From NCBI RefSeq assembly GCF_000281045.1, contig NW_008246093.1, positions 274,223 to 338,222 of the forward strand: DNA of 64,000 bases, written 5' to 3'. Shown in pieces: positions 1 to 10,469 of this stretch (its first letter is position 1; every line of letters starts with the position of its first letter). This DNA comes from Saprolegnia diclina VS20. Lineage: Eukaryota. The notes under the pieces are model-generated. The model was not told where the DNA came from. It ran no database searches and worked only from the letters and a program-made list of their open reading frames with translations. The position numbers and the translations under genes were made by a program.

Positions 1-253
1 TTATGTTTTCGTTTGGATTTATCATCGAGGTTTTATTGAGTTGTGGATTTTACGCGTCCAGTGTCATAGTTTCTACCAGTCCCATTGTCGTTTGGATTTA
101 TCATCGAGGTTTTATTGAGTTGTGGATTTTACGCGTCCAGTGTCATAGTTTCTACCAGTCCCATTGATTTAAATCATTGCAAAAATTCAATTTCGCGAGC
201 AGCGACGTTCCTCGCTTGATGCTAACGCCATGGCTCCAATCCGCACGATCTTA
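1..253. repeat. Tandemly repeated ~175-bp unit (with an internal ~79-bp duplication), continuing at 1324-1612
   Basis: TTATGTTTTCGTTTGGATTTATCATCGAGG...CCCATTG occurs at 1, ~88 (partial), 1324 and 1579 (partial). TTTCGCGAGCAGCGACGTTCC...CCGCACGATC occurs at ~191-250 and ~1519-1578. Confidence 0.9.
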
Positions 254-461
254 GGCCGTGGTCGGTGAAAAAAGTGGATCGGCATCCGGGATGTCGATTC
301 GCGGAATCTTCATCCAGCCGGATGTAGATCCGGTTGGCATGCCCGATCAACCACCCGAATGCTCGCCGAACACGATTGGATCGAAGGTCGAATGGCCTGG
401 ATCGGCCGTCAATTTTATTCGGGCTAATAAAAATAAGTTCAAAGCTCTTTTTGGCGGGAAC

Positions 462-690
462 ATGGTGGCCCCGGCGAGCTGGACGCGCGAGCTCGAGGTG
501 GCTTTGGTCGAGTCCTTCCGCAATGTCGCCAATAGCCCACAGTATGTCGTGTCGGCTGGCAAGAACCTGAAGGCGACTGGCTGGGCGCTCGTCGCCAAAG
601 ACATGACGCCGAGGGACGCCTCAATCGTGAACGGCGGTCGGTGTAGTACCAAGTGGAAGAGGCTCAAGACCAGACGATGGTACGGTAATG
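462..690 (+). pseudogene. Truncated Harbinger Myb/SANT-like DNA-binding protein
   Basis: Trp-spaced Myb/SANT pattern MVAPASWTRELEVALVESFR...NLKATGWALVA...CSTKWKRLK in ORF 258..797; similarity ends right after the third Trp. Confidence 0.7.
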
Positions 691-1083
691 GTGCAGGGTC
701 GAAAACCCTTTGTCGAGGAAGAACTGCTCCTGAGCACGCACCGAGGCCCCAGTCGCCAGCCAATGCACAACGACGCATACCACATCGCGTGGGTTGATAC
801 GCCCCGGTAGATAGGGTGTCGCCATCGCAACTAACACGTGGAGGCTCGCACCGTCCATGCGGAAAATGTCGTAGATGACACGATCGCCGAGATCGCCGCG
901 ATCGTAGAGGAGGTCGCGTTGCATGTCTTGGTAGTCCAAGTACGACGTCTCGGGGCGCACGAACCGGAGCTGCGGCTTACGGTCGGGCAGGTCATCGTCG
1001 ATAAGCTCGTCCTTGATGGTTAATGCGGCCGCCGCTATGGCCATGGCGCACGCAAGGAGAACTATGTCGTCGTCGTCAGCCAT
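664..1083 (-). pseudogene. N-terminal fragment of Harbinger (HARBI1-like) transposase, DDE catalytic domain missing
   Basis: IYDIFRMDGASLHVLV...INPRDVVCVVVHWLATGASVRAQEQFF...STLHHY resembles the FRM...LATG.S....F...ST HTH region of Harbinger/IS5-like transposases; lies inside the TIRs. Confidence 0.75.
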
Positions 1084-1417
1084 CCGTTCAAATGCGCGCG
1101 CAATTTTGAGCGCCTGTAATTTTAATCGTACTTTTATTAAAATTGCCCGATTCACTTTGCGATGGCCGAAATCCACCGCGTGACATGGATTCCGAGATTC
1201 ATGATCCTGGCCATCCCGATCCACCTTTTTTTCTTCACCGAACACGAAAAAATCGATATCGTCCGATCCACGATTGCCTCGATCCACCTGAATCCACCAA
1301 AAAAAAGAAAACCGAACACGGCCTTATGTTTTCGTTTGGATTTATCATCGAGGTTTTATTGAGTTGTGGATTTTACGCGTCCAGTGTCATAGTTTCTACC
1401 AGTCCCATTGATTTAAA

Positions 1418-1517
1418 NNNNNNNNNNNNNNNNNNNNNNNNNNNNNNNNNNNNNNNNNNNNNNNNNNNNNNNNNNNNNNNNNNNNNNNNNNNNNNNNNNN
1501 NNNNNNNNNNNNNNNNN
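1418..1517. other. Assembly gap (100 N)
   Basis: Run of N inside the repeated unit. The copy at ~167-200 suggests only ~17 nt separate the two flanks in an intact unit. Confidence 0.98.
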
Positions 1518-1672
1518 ATTTCGCGAGCAGCGACGTTCCTCGCTTGATGCCAACGCCATGGCTCCAATCCGCACGATCTTATGTTTTCGTTTGGATTTAT
1601 CATCGAGGTTTTTTGACTGCTGCTTGAGAAAGAGACGTCTCTCTATGGATGTTGCGCTGCAGCTGAGCGATC

Positions 1673-2046
1673 CGAACTTCGAAGCAGAAGTCACACTTTA
1701 TTGTATTGCAGCAAAAGCAGCTAGAACCATTGGTCATCTAAATAAAAATACACAATGCCGAAGCTACGATCTCGAAGTTGACGCCAGTAAAGCATGGTTA
1801 TCCGGATGACCGATATTGCGGCTGCAAGTTCATCCTGCCAAACCCACGAGCCCGAGCATGGCTGCCGCCGATGTCCTACTTGGAGGGCCTACCGCGGACG
1901 GCTGCGGTAGCGCCGCGGGTTCAATACCCGCTATGGACCGCTTCTAGTCGACGACAGGTACGTAGGTGACGGTAAGCTCTTATCTGTAGTAGTCTGCCCC
2001 GTATTTGCGCCCCCTGTCGCTTTCGACGAGGTTTCTCCATTGCAGA
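1673..2046. repeat. Inverted duplicated upstream segment; partner at ~5069-5439
   Basis: CGAACTTCGAAGC..GATCTCGAAGTTGACGCCAGTAAAGCATGGTTATCCGGA..GAGGTTTCTCCATTGCAGA is found reverse-complemented at 5069-5439, nearly identical over long stretches. Confidence 0.9.
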
Positions 2047-2073
2047 ATTAGCCGCCGACAGAAGAGAAGAACG

Positions 2074-2691
2074 ATGAGCGCTACGCCGCAGACCATGGAG
2101 ACCATCGGGCAGGGCCAAGCGACCCGGCACGCGCCGAGCGAGCCGCTCTTACCCGCTACCTCGGCCAAGGCGCCGCGCACCGGGTTCGCCCTGATCGCTC
2201 AACCCGGTGTAGACGGGACAACAACGGTTTTCTTGAGCGCTGGGCAGCGTGACGCTGTGCTACGCTTCAAGGCCAAGGCGTTGCACCGGGCAAGCGACGG
2301 CGCAACTTTGGTCAAGGACTTTACCGACCACCCCGCTCCCGCGAGCGTGGGTCACGCGCTTTCGACGGCGCTCGATGAAGCCGTTGCGACTATCGTCGCC
2401 GACGTGGTCCAGCGCACGAAACAAGAGCACTTTTTGAAGACGCGAAAGCTCATCCGCGAGTACAAGGCGGCCGTGAGCGAGGGGCGGGACACACGAGCCC
2501 TTGTCGACGCGATCGACGAGCCGATCCACCTCATCACGGCTGCCGACATTGTCGTCGATCACAAATCCAAGGCTTTTACGTTCCAGCCATCTGTGTATTG
2601 GACGTTCGACGCATTCCTGCGCGTGATCCTCGCGGCCGTCAAGAAAATTCAATTCGCCAAGCACCAGCTCATGAACGAGATTGACATTTAA
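2074..2691 (+). CDS. Orphan hypothetical protein (205 aa), paralog of 4280..5044
   Basis: Open frame with host-like codon usage. Shares AKAPRTGFAL.A.PG.DG.T...LS.GQRD.V, FTDHPAPA.VG.A, EGRDT.AL and D.KSK.FT with the minus-strand copy. Confidence 0.65.
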   Translation: MSATPQTMETIGQGQATRHAPSEPLLPATSAKAPRTGFALIAQPGVDGTTTVFLSAGQRDAVLRFKAKALHRASDGATLVKDFTDHPAPASVGHALSTALDEAVATIVADVVQRTKQEHFLKTRKLIREYKAAVSEGRDTRALVDAIDEPIHLITAADIVVDHKSKAFTFQPSVYWTFDAFLRVILAAVKKIQFAKHQLMNEIDI

Positions 2692-4279
2692 AGCGTGCAC
2701 GTCACTAATCAAGTATGGACGTTGTTCAATCGATTACTAGCCTATTGCAAGCTATTGGGCATTCCTAACGAGTTTGGTTCAGCATATTAGCTCGGGCGCA
2801 CACGTCTTTTGCCGTTGTCACCGCATACCCTCCGACACAAAAGACTCGCACGACCATACACTCGCTATCAAGCTTCATTCTGCTCAAGCCTACACGCTGC
2901 CTAATGCGACGTCTCCACTTGGCGAGTCCCAAAGCATCAGCTTGGATGCGTCCTCGTTCGTGGAGTTGGCAATCTCTTGGACAGTAGCAGCGACGCCGAG
3001 GATGCGACTACTAGCTGCCAGATGTTCGCCACAATGTCGACAGCAACCACGACTCGCACATCCTACGAGTATGGACAAGAGCGGGTCAACGCGCTGCACC
3101 ACAGCAATAGTGCCGGCCGCTAGGCGCTCAGCGCCAAGACCTTGGCGACGCGTAGCCAAGCACGAGCAGGCACCACTTGTTGGTCGTCGACGAGCGCTAC
3201 CGATGTGCGCTGGATGTTGATCCCAAGTGTCTGCGTTGAACCGCGCTGGCTCATGGCAAAGGTTGCGATAAGAGAACGGAGTCAGTGTCGCTGGCCACGT
3301 AGGCAGCTCTAGCTCGAGAGGACGTCGGCGCGCGGCTCCAAGTTGCTGGCCTCGCCCAACTGTGAGCCGTGCGCAGCTCCACAACGCGTGGTACAGAATA
3401 CGCACGCGAAGTCGGCCAACGGCACGCAGCCTACATCATTGGGGTAGCCAGCGTCTCTGGCTGCATCGAGGGACCAACTATGCGAATGCAGCACGAGTGA
3501 GCGCGGTCACGACTCGAGACGCAGCCTCGTGGCTTGATCTGCTCTTGCACATCGCCCAGTATCCAGAATCGTTTGACGTCAGGGCGCGCGCCAGCCGACG
3601 GAATGCTTGGGCAACCGGCCAACAACGAAAGCACGTCTTCTTCGGGTGCAGAGGGTCTGGTGCGGGCTACCGCTGCGGCGGCTCGTTGGTTGAAGCCACG
3701 CGCGTGCACTCGCCGAGGTCGGCGACCATGGGCTCTTGCATCGTCGCTGTCCATCGTCCATCCTGATCGAATCCAAACTGCTCCTACCGGATAGTGTTGT
3801 CCAGCAACCGGATACGCTGCCGCAATCCAAAGCCAAGACGCGCTGGACTCGAGGTCACGTGGGTACTAGTAGCTGCCCAAGAGCGCATCGTTCGTCGGGG
3901 CTGCTGCGGGCTCGGCAGCGATTGCTGCTCATGCTGCTCAACTGCAACGGCTCGGCAACGGTCGTAGCGAGCGAAGCCAGCCCACTGACGCGCAAGGATG
4001 CACGGGAAGCCGCGTTGGCTTGAACACGACGGGACCGCTTCGCATGTGCAAGGCCACAAACCTGTGAGCCCATGGACGCCAATCGAGACGGCCAATGATC
4101 GTTGTCACGATTCGCAACACGGTCTCGTACCGTTGCGACCCATTTCTTGTAGTATCTCGTCAGACTACTCGGCTGGCTGTCGCCAATGTATGCTCAACCA
4201 AACGCGAGATGACGTGAACTACTAGTACATTATTATGTTTATCGAATAGACAAGGTCCAGAGGCGATTGGCGATGCGCT

Positions 4280-5044
4280 CTAATCGTCATACAGCTGATG
4301 CTCGGTCGCCTTGATCACCTCGGGCACGTTGCGCTCGCTCGTTGCCATCTTTGGCTTCTTCAGCGTGACACTGGTCTTGAGCGCGGGTTGGGCGCGCTTG
4401 GGCGTCGCAGGCGCAGGCTTCGGTTGAAGGGCCTTCGCAGCCGCCATGACGACGTTGAGAAGGATATCGATGGCCCACTGATCTGTCGGGACGCATGTAA
4501 ACAGTTTCGACTTGTCGTCCGCGACAATGTGGGCTGGCGCCACGCGACGCCGCGGCTTGATGACTGCCTCGAACAGGGCGAGGGTATCGCGGCCCTCGTC
4601 CACGGCCACCACGTACGCGCTATCCAGCGTGCACAACTCTTGCACGTACTGGACTTTGGCGCGCTCGTTGGCTTGCGCCGTGAGCGTCGCCGTCGCGGCT
4701 TCAATCGCCTTCGCGATCGCAGGGCCAACTTGAGCTGGCGCAGGGTGGTCAGTGAACGACATGAAGACGTGCGGAGCGTTGGCGTCGCCGATTGCCGAGT
4801 TGCGGACGGCGTTGGACACGTTCTTGCGAACGCTGTCGCGCTGGCCGGTGCTAAGCAAAATAAGGGTCGCCCCGTCTTGACCGGGCCGAGCCACGAGAGC
4901 AAAGCCCGTGCGCGGCGCCTTGGCGGGTGACGGCGTCGGTGGCGGCGCCGGCGCCGAAATGGCCTGCAGGAGCGGGACCTTAGTCTTTTTGAGCGTTGGC
5001 TGAGCGGGCCCGATGGCCTCCATGTTGCGCAGCGTGCTTTTCAT
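4280..5044 (-). CDS. Orphan hypothetical protein (~254 aa), inverted paralog of 2074..2691
   Basis: ORF 4280..5068, first ATG at MKSTLRNME; same motifs as the plus-strand copy plus a Lys/Pro-rich C-terminal extension. Confidence 0.65.
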   Translation of the reverse strand: MKSTLRNMEAIGPAQPTLKKTKVPLLQAISAPAPPPTPSPAKAPRTGFALVARPGQDGATLILLSTGQRDSVRKNVSNAVRNSAIGDANAPHVFMSFTDHPAPAQVGPAIAKAIEAATATLTAQANERAKVQYVQELCTLDSAYVVAVDEGRDTLALFEAVIKPRRRVAPAHIVADDKSKLFTCVPTDQWAIDILLNVVMAAAKALQPKPAPATPKRAQPALKTSVTLKKPKMATSERNVPEVIKATEHQLYDD

Positions 5045-6391
5045 CGTAGCTGAGCTATAAGCGGCCAAATCTGCAATGGAGAAACCTCGTCGAAAGCGAC
5101 AGAGGTCGCAAATACGGGGCAGACCACTGCAGATAAGAGCTTACCGTCACCTACGTACCTGTCGTCGACTAGAAGCGGTCCATAGCGGGTATTGAACCCG
5201 CGGCGCTACCGCGGCCGTCCGCGGTAGGCCCTCCAAGTAGGACATCGGCGCCATGCTCGAGCTCGTGGGTTTGGCAGGATGAGCTTGCAGCCGCAATATT
5301 GGCTGTCCGGATAACCATGCTTTACTGGCGTCAACTTCGAGATCGTATCTTCGGTTTTGTGTATTTTTATTTAGATGAGCAATGCCTGAAGCTGATTTTG
5401 CTGTATTACAATAAAGTGTGACTTGTGCTTCGAAGTTCGAATCTCGCCAGGTTCGGAGGGACAAATCCGTTTTTTGCCTAATATAGATTGTTGAGGACTT
5501 GAAGTTGGCTGGATATTTGTATCGGATGCCACGATATGTAAATAATATTGTTTTAGGACAATATATCAGCCTGAATCGACAGTAGATTCGGCACAGTCCG
5601 TCCGGAAACGGGATCCGCCACCGCAGCTCGTGGCAGCCTGCGGCGACGTCTCCACTAGGCGAGTCCCAGAGCATCCGCTTGGATGCGACCTCTCATGTCC
5701 TTCTAAGGAGAAGGAAGCGTCAACGCGCTGCGACACAGTAGAAGTCCCGACGGCTACAGTACGCTCGGCGCCAAGACCTTGTCGACGCATCGCCAAGCAC
5801 GAGCAGAAACCACTTTTGTCGGGGTACGATGACCCTGCTTCGAAGAATCTTATGAGCAGGGTCAAGAGCCCAAGAGGCAAGTGGGAAGTACAGAGTACGC
5901 CGAGAGCTGAACCTTCGCTTGTGGTCGACGAAAATATACTAAGTTAGTACGGTGCAATCTTTATGCACAGTTTGCGATCTTCGCCGTGCCGTTTCGTGCT
6001 GCCACGTCACGACAGGGTTCGGCTGGCGAACAAGAATCCGATTCGGTAAACCAACTTGGGATTGCATGCATGCCTAGACCTTGGAGTGTCAGCTCTTTAT
6101 CGTCTGGGCGAGTGGCCCGCCGATCAGGCAGTCAGTTGACCTCGTCCGCGGTAATCAGCGCGATTACTGTCGGCCGATCGCAGCCACCCAACAAGGTACT
6201 TCCATCACCTTCTCCCATCATCGTCGCGTGGACGTTGTCCTGTCTGCTGCACAGTGCTGCCGCTCTATCGATTCCGCTGCCGTTGGTACTCTTCCTATCA
6301 CCTGAAGCGTCCACGCATGTCGTCGATGGACCAACAAGAGTACACTGAGAGACATCATCAAATGAGCGTATGTATTGAGAATCGTGGAAGT

Positions 6392-7402
6392 TTACTCGGT
6401 CTTGAGCTTGTCCTTCTCAGCGTCCGTGAGCGTCTTTCGCTTCACGCGGCTGTACGCGTTGATCGAGTCATCCATGATGTAGTCGTAGAGGACACCGATC
6501 CACGACGACGTCTGCGGCAGCGTATCGTAGAACTCGGGCGCCATCGCGCGCACCTCCGGAAGACGCGAGCCCGCGACGAACGGGAAGTCGTGGTGCTCGT
6601 TGTGGTAGCCGACGTTGAACGCAAAGAGGTTGAGCGGGCCGTAGTACGAGTACGTCTCGGCGCCCTTGACAAAGACGTAGTGTTCCGAGATGAAGTGACC
6701 GGCGCACGGGTGCGGGCCGGCGCCAAGGAGCGTGCTAAGGAAGAGGTAGCAGAGGCCCGACCAGCCGCTAAAGTAGTAGATGAAGCTGTTGAAGGCGATG
6801 CACGACGCGTAGTTGATGAATTCCCAGAGACCCGGCGCCTTGGGGTTCACGAGCAGCGGGCGCAGACTGTAGAAGAGCGACTGGCAGCACACAAAGACGA
6901 ACTTGCGGAAGCGCGTCGTGAAAAACTTGCCTTCGGCGATCGTCGGAATATCGACGTCGACGCCGTCCTCGCCCTGGTACCGGTGGTGCTCCATGTGGTA
7001 GCGCTTGAACGAGATCGCGGCCGGCACGCCGAGCGGCGCGTTGGCGAGCAGCGACAAGAGGCGGTTGTACAGCATCTTCTTGAAGCCGAGGTTGTGCGCG
7101 AGCTCGTGCATGGCCAGCATCATCATGTGATTGATGGTCCCGCCAAAGACGTAGGCCGCGACCACGTACGTCATCCACGACTTGTCGTGCACGTAGAAGG
7201 TCATGGCCACCTGGAGGCTCACGGCGATCGCGACCTGGTACTTGGTCCGCGGGCACGGACCAAAGAGCGACTTGATCTGCGGGTACTTGGCCGAGATGAG
7301 CTTGCGGCGCGTCGCATGCGGCTCGTCGTTGGTGTCCCACGTAAAGTCCGTCGGCGCCGCCACCGGCTTGATCGTGCTCGCTGCGTTGCCACCCTTGCCC
7401 AT
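6392..7402 (-). CDS. DES1: Sphingolipid delta-4 desaturase / C4-hydroxylase (DES1/DEGS family), copy 1, intronless, 336 aa
   Basis: DFTW...[21 protein letters not shown] Lipid_DES N-terminus; three His boxes [29 protein letters not shown] and ETYSYYGPLN motifs. Confidence 0.95.
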   Translation of the reverse strand: MGKGGNAASTIKPVAAPTDFTWDTNDEPHATRRKLISAKYPQIKSLFGPCPRTKYQVAIAVSLQVAMTFYVHDKSWMTYVVAAYVFGGTINHMMMLAMHELAHNLGFKKMLYNRLLSLLANAPLGVPAAISFKRYHMEHHRYQGEDGVDVDIPTIAEGKFFTTRFRKFVFVCCQSLFYSLRPLLVNPKAPGLWEFINYASCIAFNSFIYYFSGWSGLCYLFLSTLLGAGPHPCAGHFISEHYVFVKGAETYSYYGPLNLFAFNVGYHNEHHDFPFVAGSRLPEVRAMAPEFYDTLPQTSSWIGVLYDYIMDDSINAYSRVKRKTLTDAEKDKLKTE

Positions 7403-8241
7403 GCTGCGCGAATCCGAAACTGACTGCGACTGGCCGGCAACTCGCAGAATTCGACTAAGTACGAAATGACAAAAGTCGGGGTAGAGGCGCGGAGCCAGGT
7501 GGCGATGCTTTCCCGCCAACCTTCGACCTTCGCAAGCAGAGAGACTACACACCACGTGGCGAGACGCTCGTAGTTTACTTCTCGAAGATTAGTTTGGCGC
7601 CTTGTTACTAACTAACTGCACGGGCCCACGCGGTGTGAACTTCGGTGGACATCGGTGGCGTCGCTGCAAGGCTTCAAAAATTGAATTTAATGCAATTTGC
7701 TTTTTATCCGGATTTTACATACAAATCCCAAGGTCGAATAATTTAATTAGCGGCGACACAGGGCCACCAAACTAGGTGCGTTTTTATGCTAGGATCGCTT
7801 TGCAGGCCCTTGGGCCGGGACCACGAAATGACGTGGCCGCATGACGGCAACGGCAAGTTGACCCGATCGGCCCCTGCGTCGTCGGGAGGTCGTTAGAGAC
7901 ACAGGAGGAACGTCACAAATGGCAGGCAGGATTCGATTGGCATCAAGCATGCTCCAGCGAATATGGGCGCAGGGCTGTTGCCGACGACGCGAGGCCAAGC
8001 GCCACAAACTCGGTTTCTGGACGTCTCTTATTCGTGCAATTCTAGTACTAGTGCGTTGTCTAGTCGATATACTAGTTGCTAAGGTTGCGCACAGGGTCTC
8101 TGAACGTCTCTTTTTCGTGCACCAGTACGCGCAACGAAGGTATGTTGTCTTGCACGACGCGTGTACATGTATGTACACGCGTCGAGAAGACCAAGCTGAG
8201 AGGTCGGAAATATAGTGAAATTGCACAGATTACGTCAAGAG

Positions 8242-9258
8242 TTACTCGGACTTGAGCTTGGCGCGGTCGGCCGCGCTGAGCGTCTTTCGCTTCACGCGGC
8301 TGTACGCGTTGATGTTGTCGTCCATGATGTAGTCGTAGAGCGTCCCAATCCACGACGACGTCTGCGGCAAGTTGTCGTAGAACTCGGGCGCCATCGCGCG
8401 CACCTCNNNNNNNNNNNNNNNNNNNNNNNNNNNNNNNNNNNNNNNNNNNNNNNNNNNNNNNNNNNNNNNNNNNNNNNNNNNNNNNNNNNNNNNNNNNNNN
8501 NNNNNNNNNNNNNNNNNNNNNNNNNNNNNNNNNNNNTAGTGCTCCGAGATGAAATGGCCGGCGCACGGGTGCGGGCCCATGCCGAGAAGCGTGCTGAGGA
8601 GGAAGTAGCCCATGCCTGACCAGCCAAAGAGGTGCACCATCGTGCTGTTGAAGGCGATGCACGACGCGTAGTTGATGTACTCCCAGAGACACGGGGCTTT
8701 CGGGTTGACAAAGAACGGACGGAAGCTGTAAAAGAGGCCTTGGCAGCAAATGAAGAGGAACTTGCGGAAGCGACTGTTGAAAAACTTGCCCTCAGCTTCG
8801 GTCGGGATGTCGACGTCGACGCCGTCCTCGCCCTGGTACCGGTGGTGCTCCGAGTGGTACCGCTTGAATGCGATCGCGGCCGGCACACCGAGCGGAAAGT
8901 TGGCGACAAGCGAGAGCACCCGGTTGTACAGCATCGTCTTGAACGCGAGGTTGTGCGAGAGCTCGTGCATGCCCATCATGAGCATGTGGTTGATGGTACC
9001 GCCAAAGACGTAGGCGGCGACGACGTACATCGCCCACGACTTGTCGTGGATGAACCACGCCATGCCGACTTGGCCGGCGACGGCGCATAGAATCTGGTAC
9101 TTCAACTTGGGGCACGGGCCAAAGAGCTTCTTGATCTGCGGGTACTTGGCGGTGATGAGCTTCCGGCGCGTCGCATGCGGCTCGTCGCTCGTGTCCCACG
9201 TGAAGTCCGTCGGTGGCGACCGCGCGAGAGCCGTCGATGCGTTGCCTCCTTTGCCCAT
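8242..9258 (-). CDS. DES1: Sphingolipid delta-4 desaturase (DES1/DEGS family), copy 2, spanning an assembly gap
   Basis: Tandem paralog with HELSH, HSEHH and [13 protein letters not shown]; the third His box would fall in the N gap at 8407-8536. Confidence 0.9.
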   Translation of the reverse strand: MGKGGNASTALARSPPTDFTWDTSDEPHATRRKLITAKYPQIKKLFGPCPKLKYQILCAVAGQVGMAWFIHDKSWAMYVVAAYVFGGTINHMLMMGMHELSHNLAFKTMLYNRVLSLVANFPLGVPAAIAFKRYHSEHHRYQGEDGVDVDIPTEAEGKFFNSRFRKFLFICCQGLFYSFRPFFVNPKAPCLWEYINYASCIAFNSTMVHLFGWSGMGYFLLSTLLGMGPHPCAGHFISEHXXXXXXXXXXXXXXXXXXXXXXXXXXXXXXXXXXXXXXXXXXXXEVRAMAPEFYDNLPQTSSWIGTLYDYIMDDNINAYSRVKRKTLSAADRAKLKSE

Positions 9259-10469
9259 GGTAAAATGTCAACTGACGCCCTTCTTGCCTCGACTTGGCTG
9301 CAAAAAGGCGCGCAAAAGATCGCAAAAACACGGTCCCGGGCCATCGGCTCCGTAAAGTGCGCCGACTCGTCCGGATGCAGAGCCACAGCAGTGTCCTGTA
9401 AAGTGCGAGGAAAGGCCGACGGCCATTACCAACGGGTGCGGACCAATCACAGCGCAGGACGCATCCAAACGAGCCAATCGGCTGGTTGCAGGTTTTACGC
9501 TGCCGCCGCATATCAATTAAAATTGAGCGCGAACATACAAAAACCTAGATATAATAATACATGGGACGTTGAACGCCGTGTCCGATCTTCCGTGTTGCGT
9601 GTCTTTTGGCGCGACGACGACCACGACGACTGGCGACCGTCGATTTTCGACCGGAAGGCTGCGGTGGAGGACAGAGCTTGCAAGCTGAGACCAGTGCACG
9701 CGACAACAGTGACAACGAGAAGGACGAGTTGCTAAGATCTTAGTCGCGCCCTTCGGCGAGGCTGACGTTATTACGGTAACGGTGGGGTAAGATCGCAACT
9801 GGTATCACAGCTTGTTTATGTGGCGAGCCTGCCACGACGCTGACGGCAAGGGACGGGCGTCAGTGTTTATCCTGCTTGTCTCGGCATGGCCTCTGAGATT
9901 GAGGAAGCATCTCCAATTTTTAATGGCTGCATGGGTTTACCGCTGTTGAGAGCGTGGGCGTGTCTGGCGCTACCGACTCTCTATGCACATGATGGTTGCA
10001 TCCTGTCGAGGGATGCAAGGGCAAACAAAGTGGGCTGCTGCAAGAAGAACGTTGAGGCAGAGCAACCGCTAGCGATGGCTCGTCCTATCGACGCCGACGC
10101 TATTGGCTTGGTGCGAGGGTAGGGCCTGGAATACAGCTGCCGTTTTTGACTCCAATACCCTATCTCGTTGTTGACTTTTTAATCAACGTACGCAACATCG
10201 TGTGGACAGCGAGCCACGAAGGCACAGGTTCACCAGATGTTGCTCTTGAATTGCCGTATCCAAGTACCGTGCCGGTGCAGGCAACGGCAGGTGTGCCCAC
10301 CGGATGCGTCCAACGCAAAGCCTCTTTGTGCTGCACATATCACAATGTCCATGAACAGAGATGCGCTTTCGGCGATGCGCTACATTGCATATCGTCAATG
10401 CGGAATGTACTCACACAAGCGAATGCAACAACGAGCGGTCCAGAACGCACACACATAAACTAGCTCTAT

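Larger units (their letters stand above)
254..1323. mobile_element. PIF/Harbinger DNA transposon, internally deleted (non-autonomous), 1070 bp
   Basis: TTA target-site duplication at 251-253 and 1324-1326. 13-bp TIRs GGCCGTGGTCGGT (254-266) and ACCGAACACGGCC (1311-1323) match at 12/13. Carries convergent truncated Myb/SANT and transposase ORFs. An empty site GCACGATC-TTA-TGTTTTCG is present at 1571-1589. Confidence 0.93.

Noticed and set aside
1..1612. Repeated sequence blocks as a CRISPR array
   Set aside because: Units are 80-175 bp with no unique spacers, there are no cas genes, and the context is eukaryotic.
1871..1969. Short ORF MSYLEGLPRTAAVAPRVQYPLWTASSRRQVRR, identical in both inverted copies, as a coding first exon
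   Set aside because: The splice phases I could read do not join it in frame to either downstream ORF. Its identity is explained by nucleotide duplication, though a uORF role is not excluded.
6254..7423. 389-aa plus-strand ORF, and similar long antisense ORFs (14615..15379, 23855..25003, 27354..28349, 56252..57760)
   Set aside because: These are shadows of real genes caused by high GC3 codon usage; they have no recognisable motifs.
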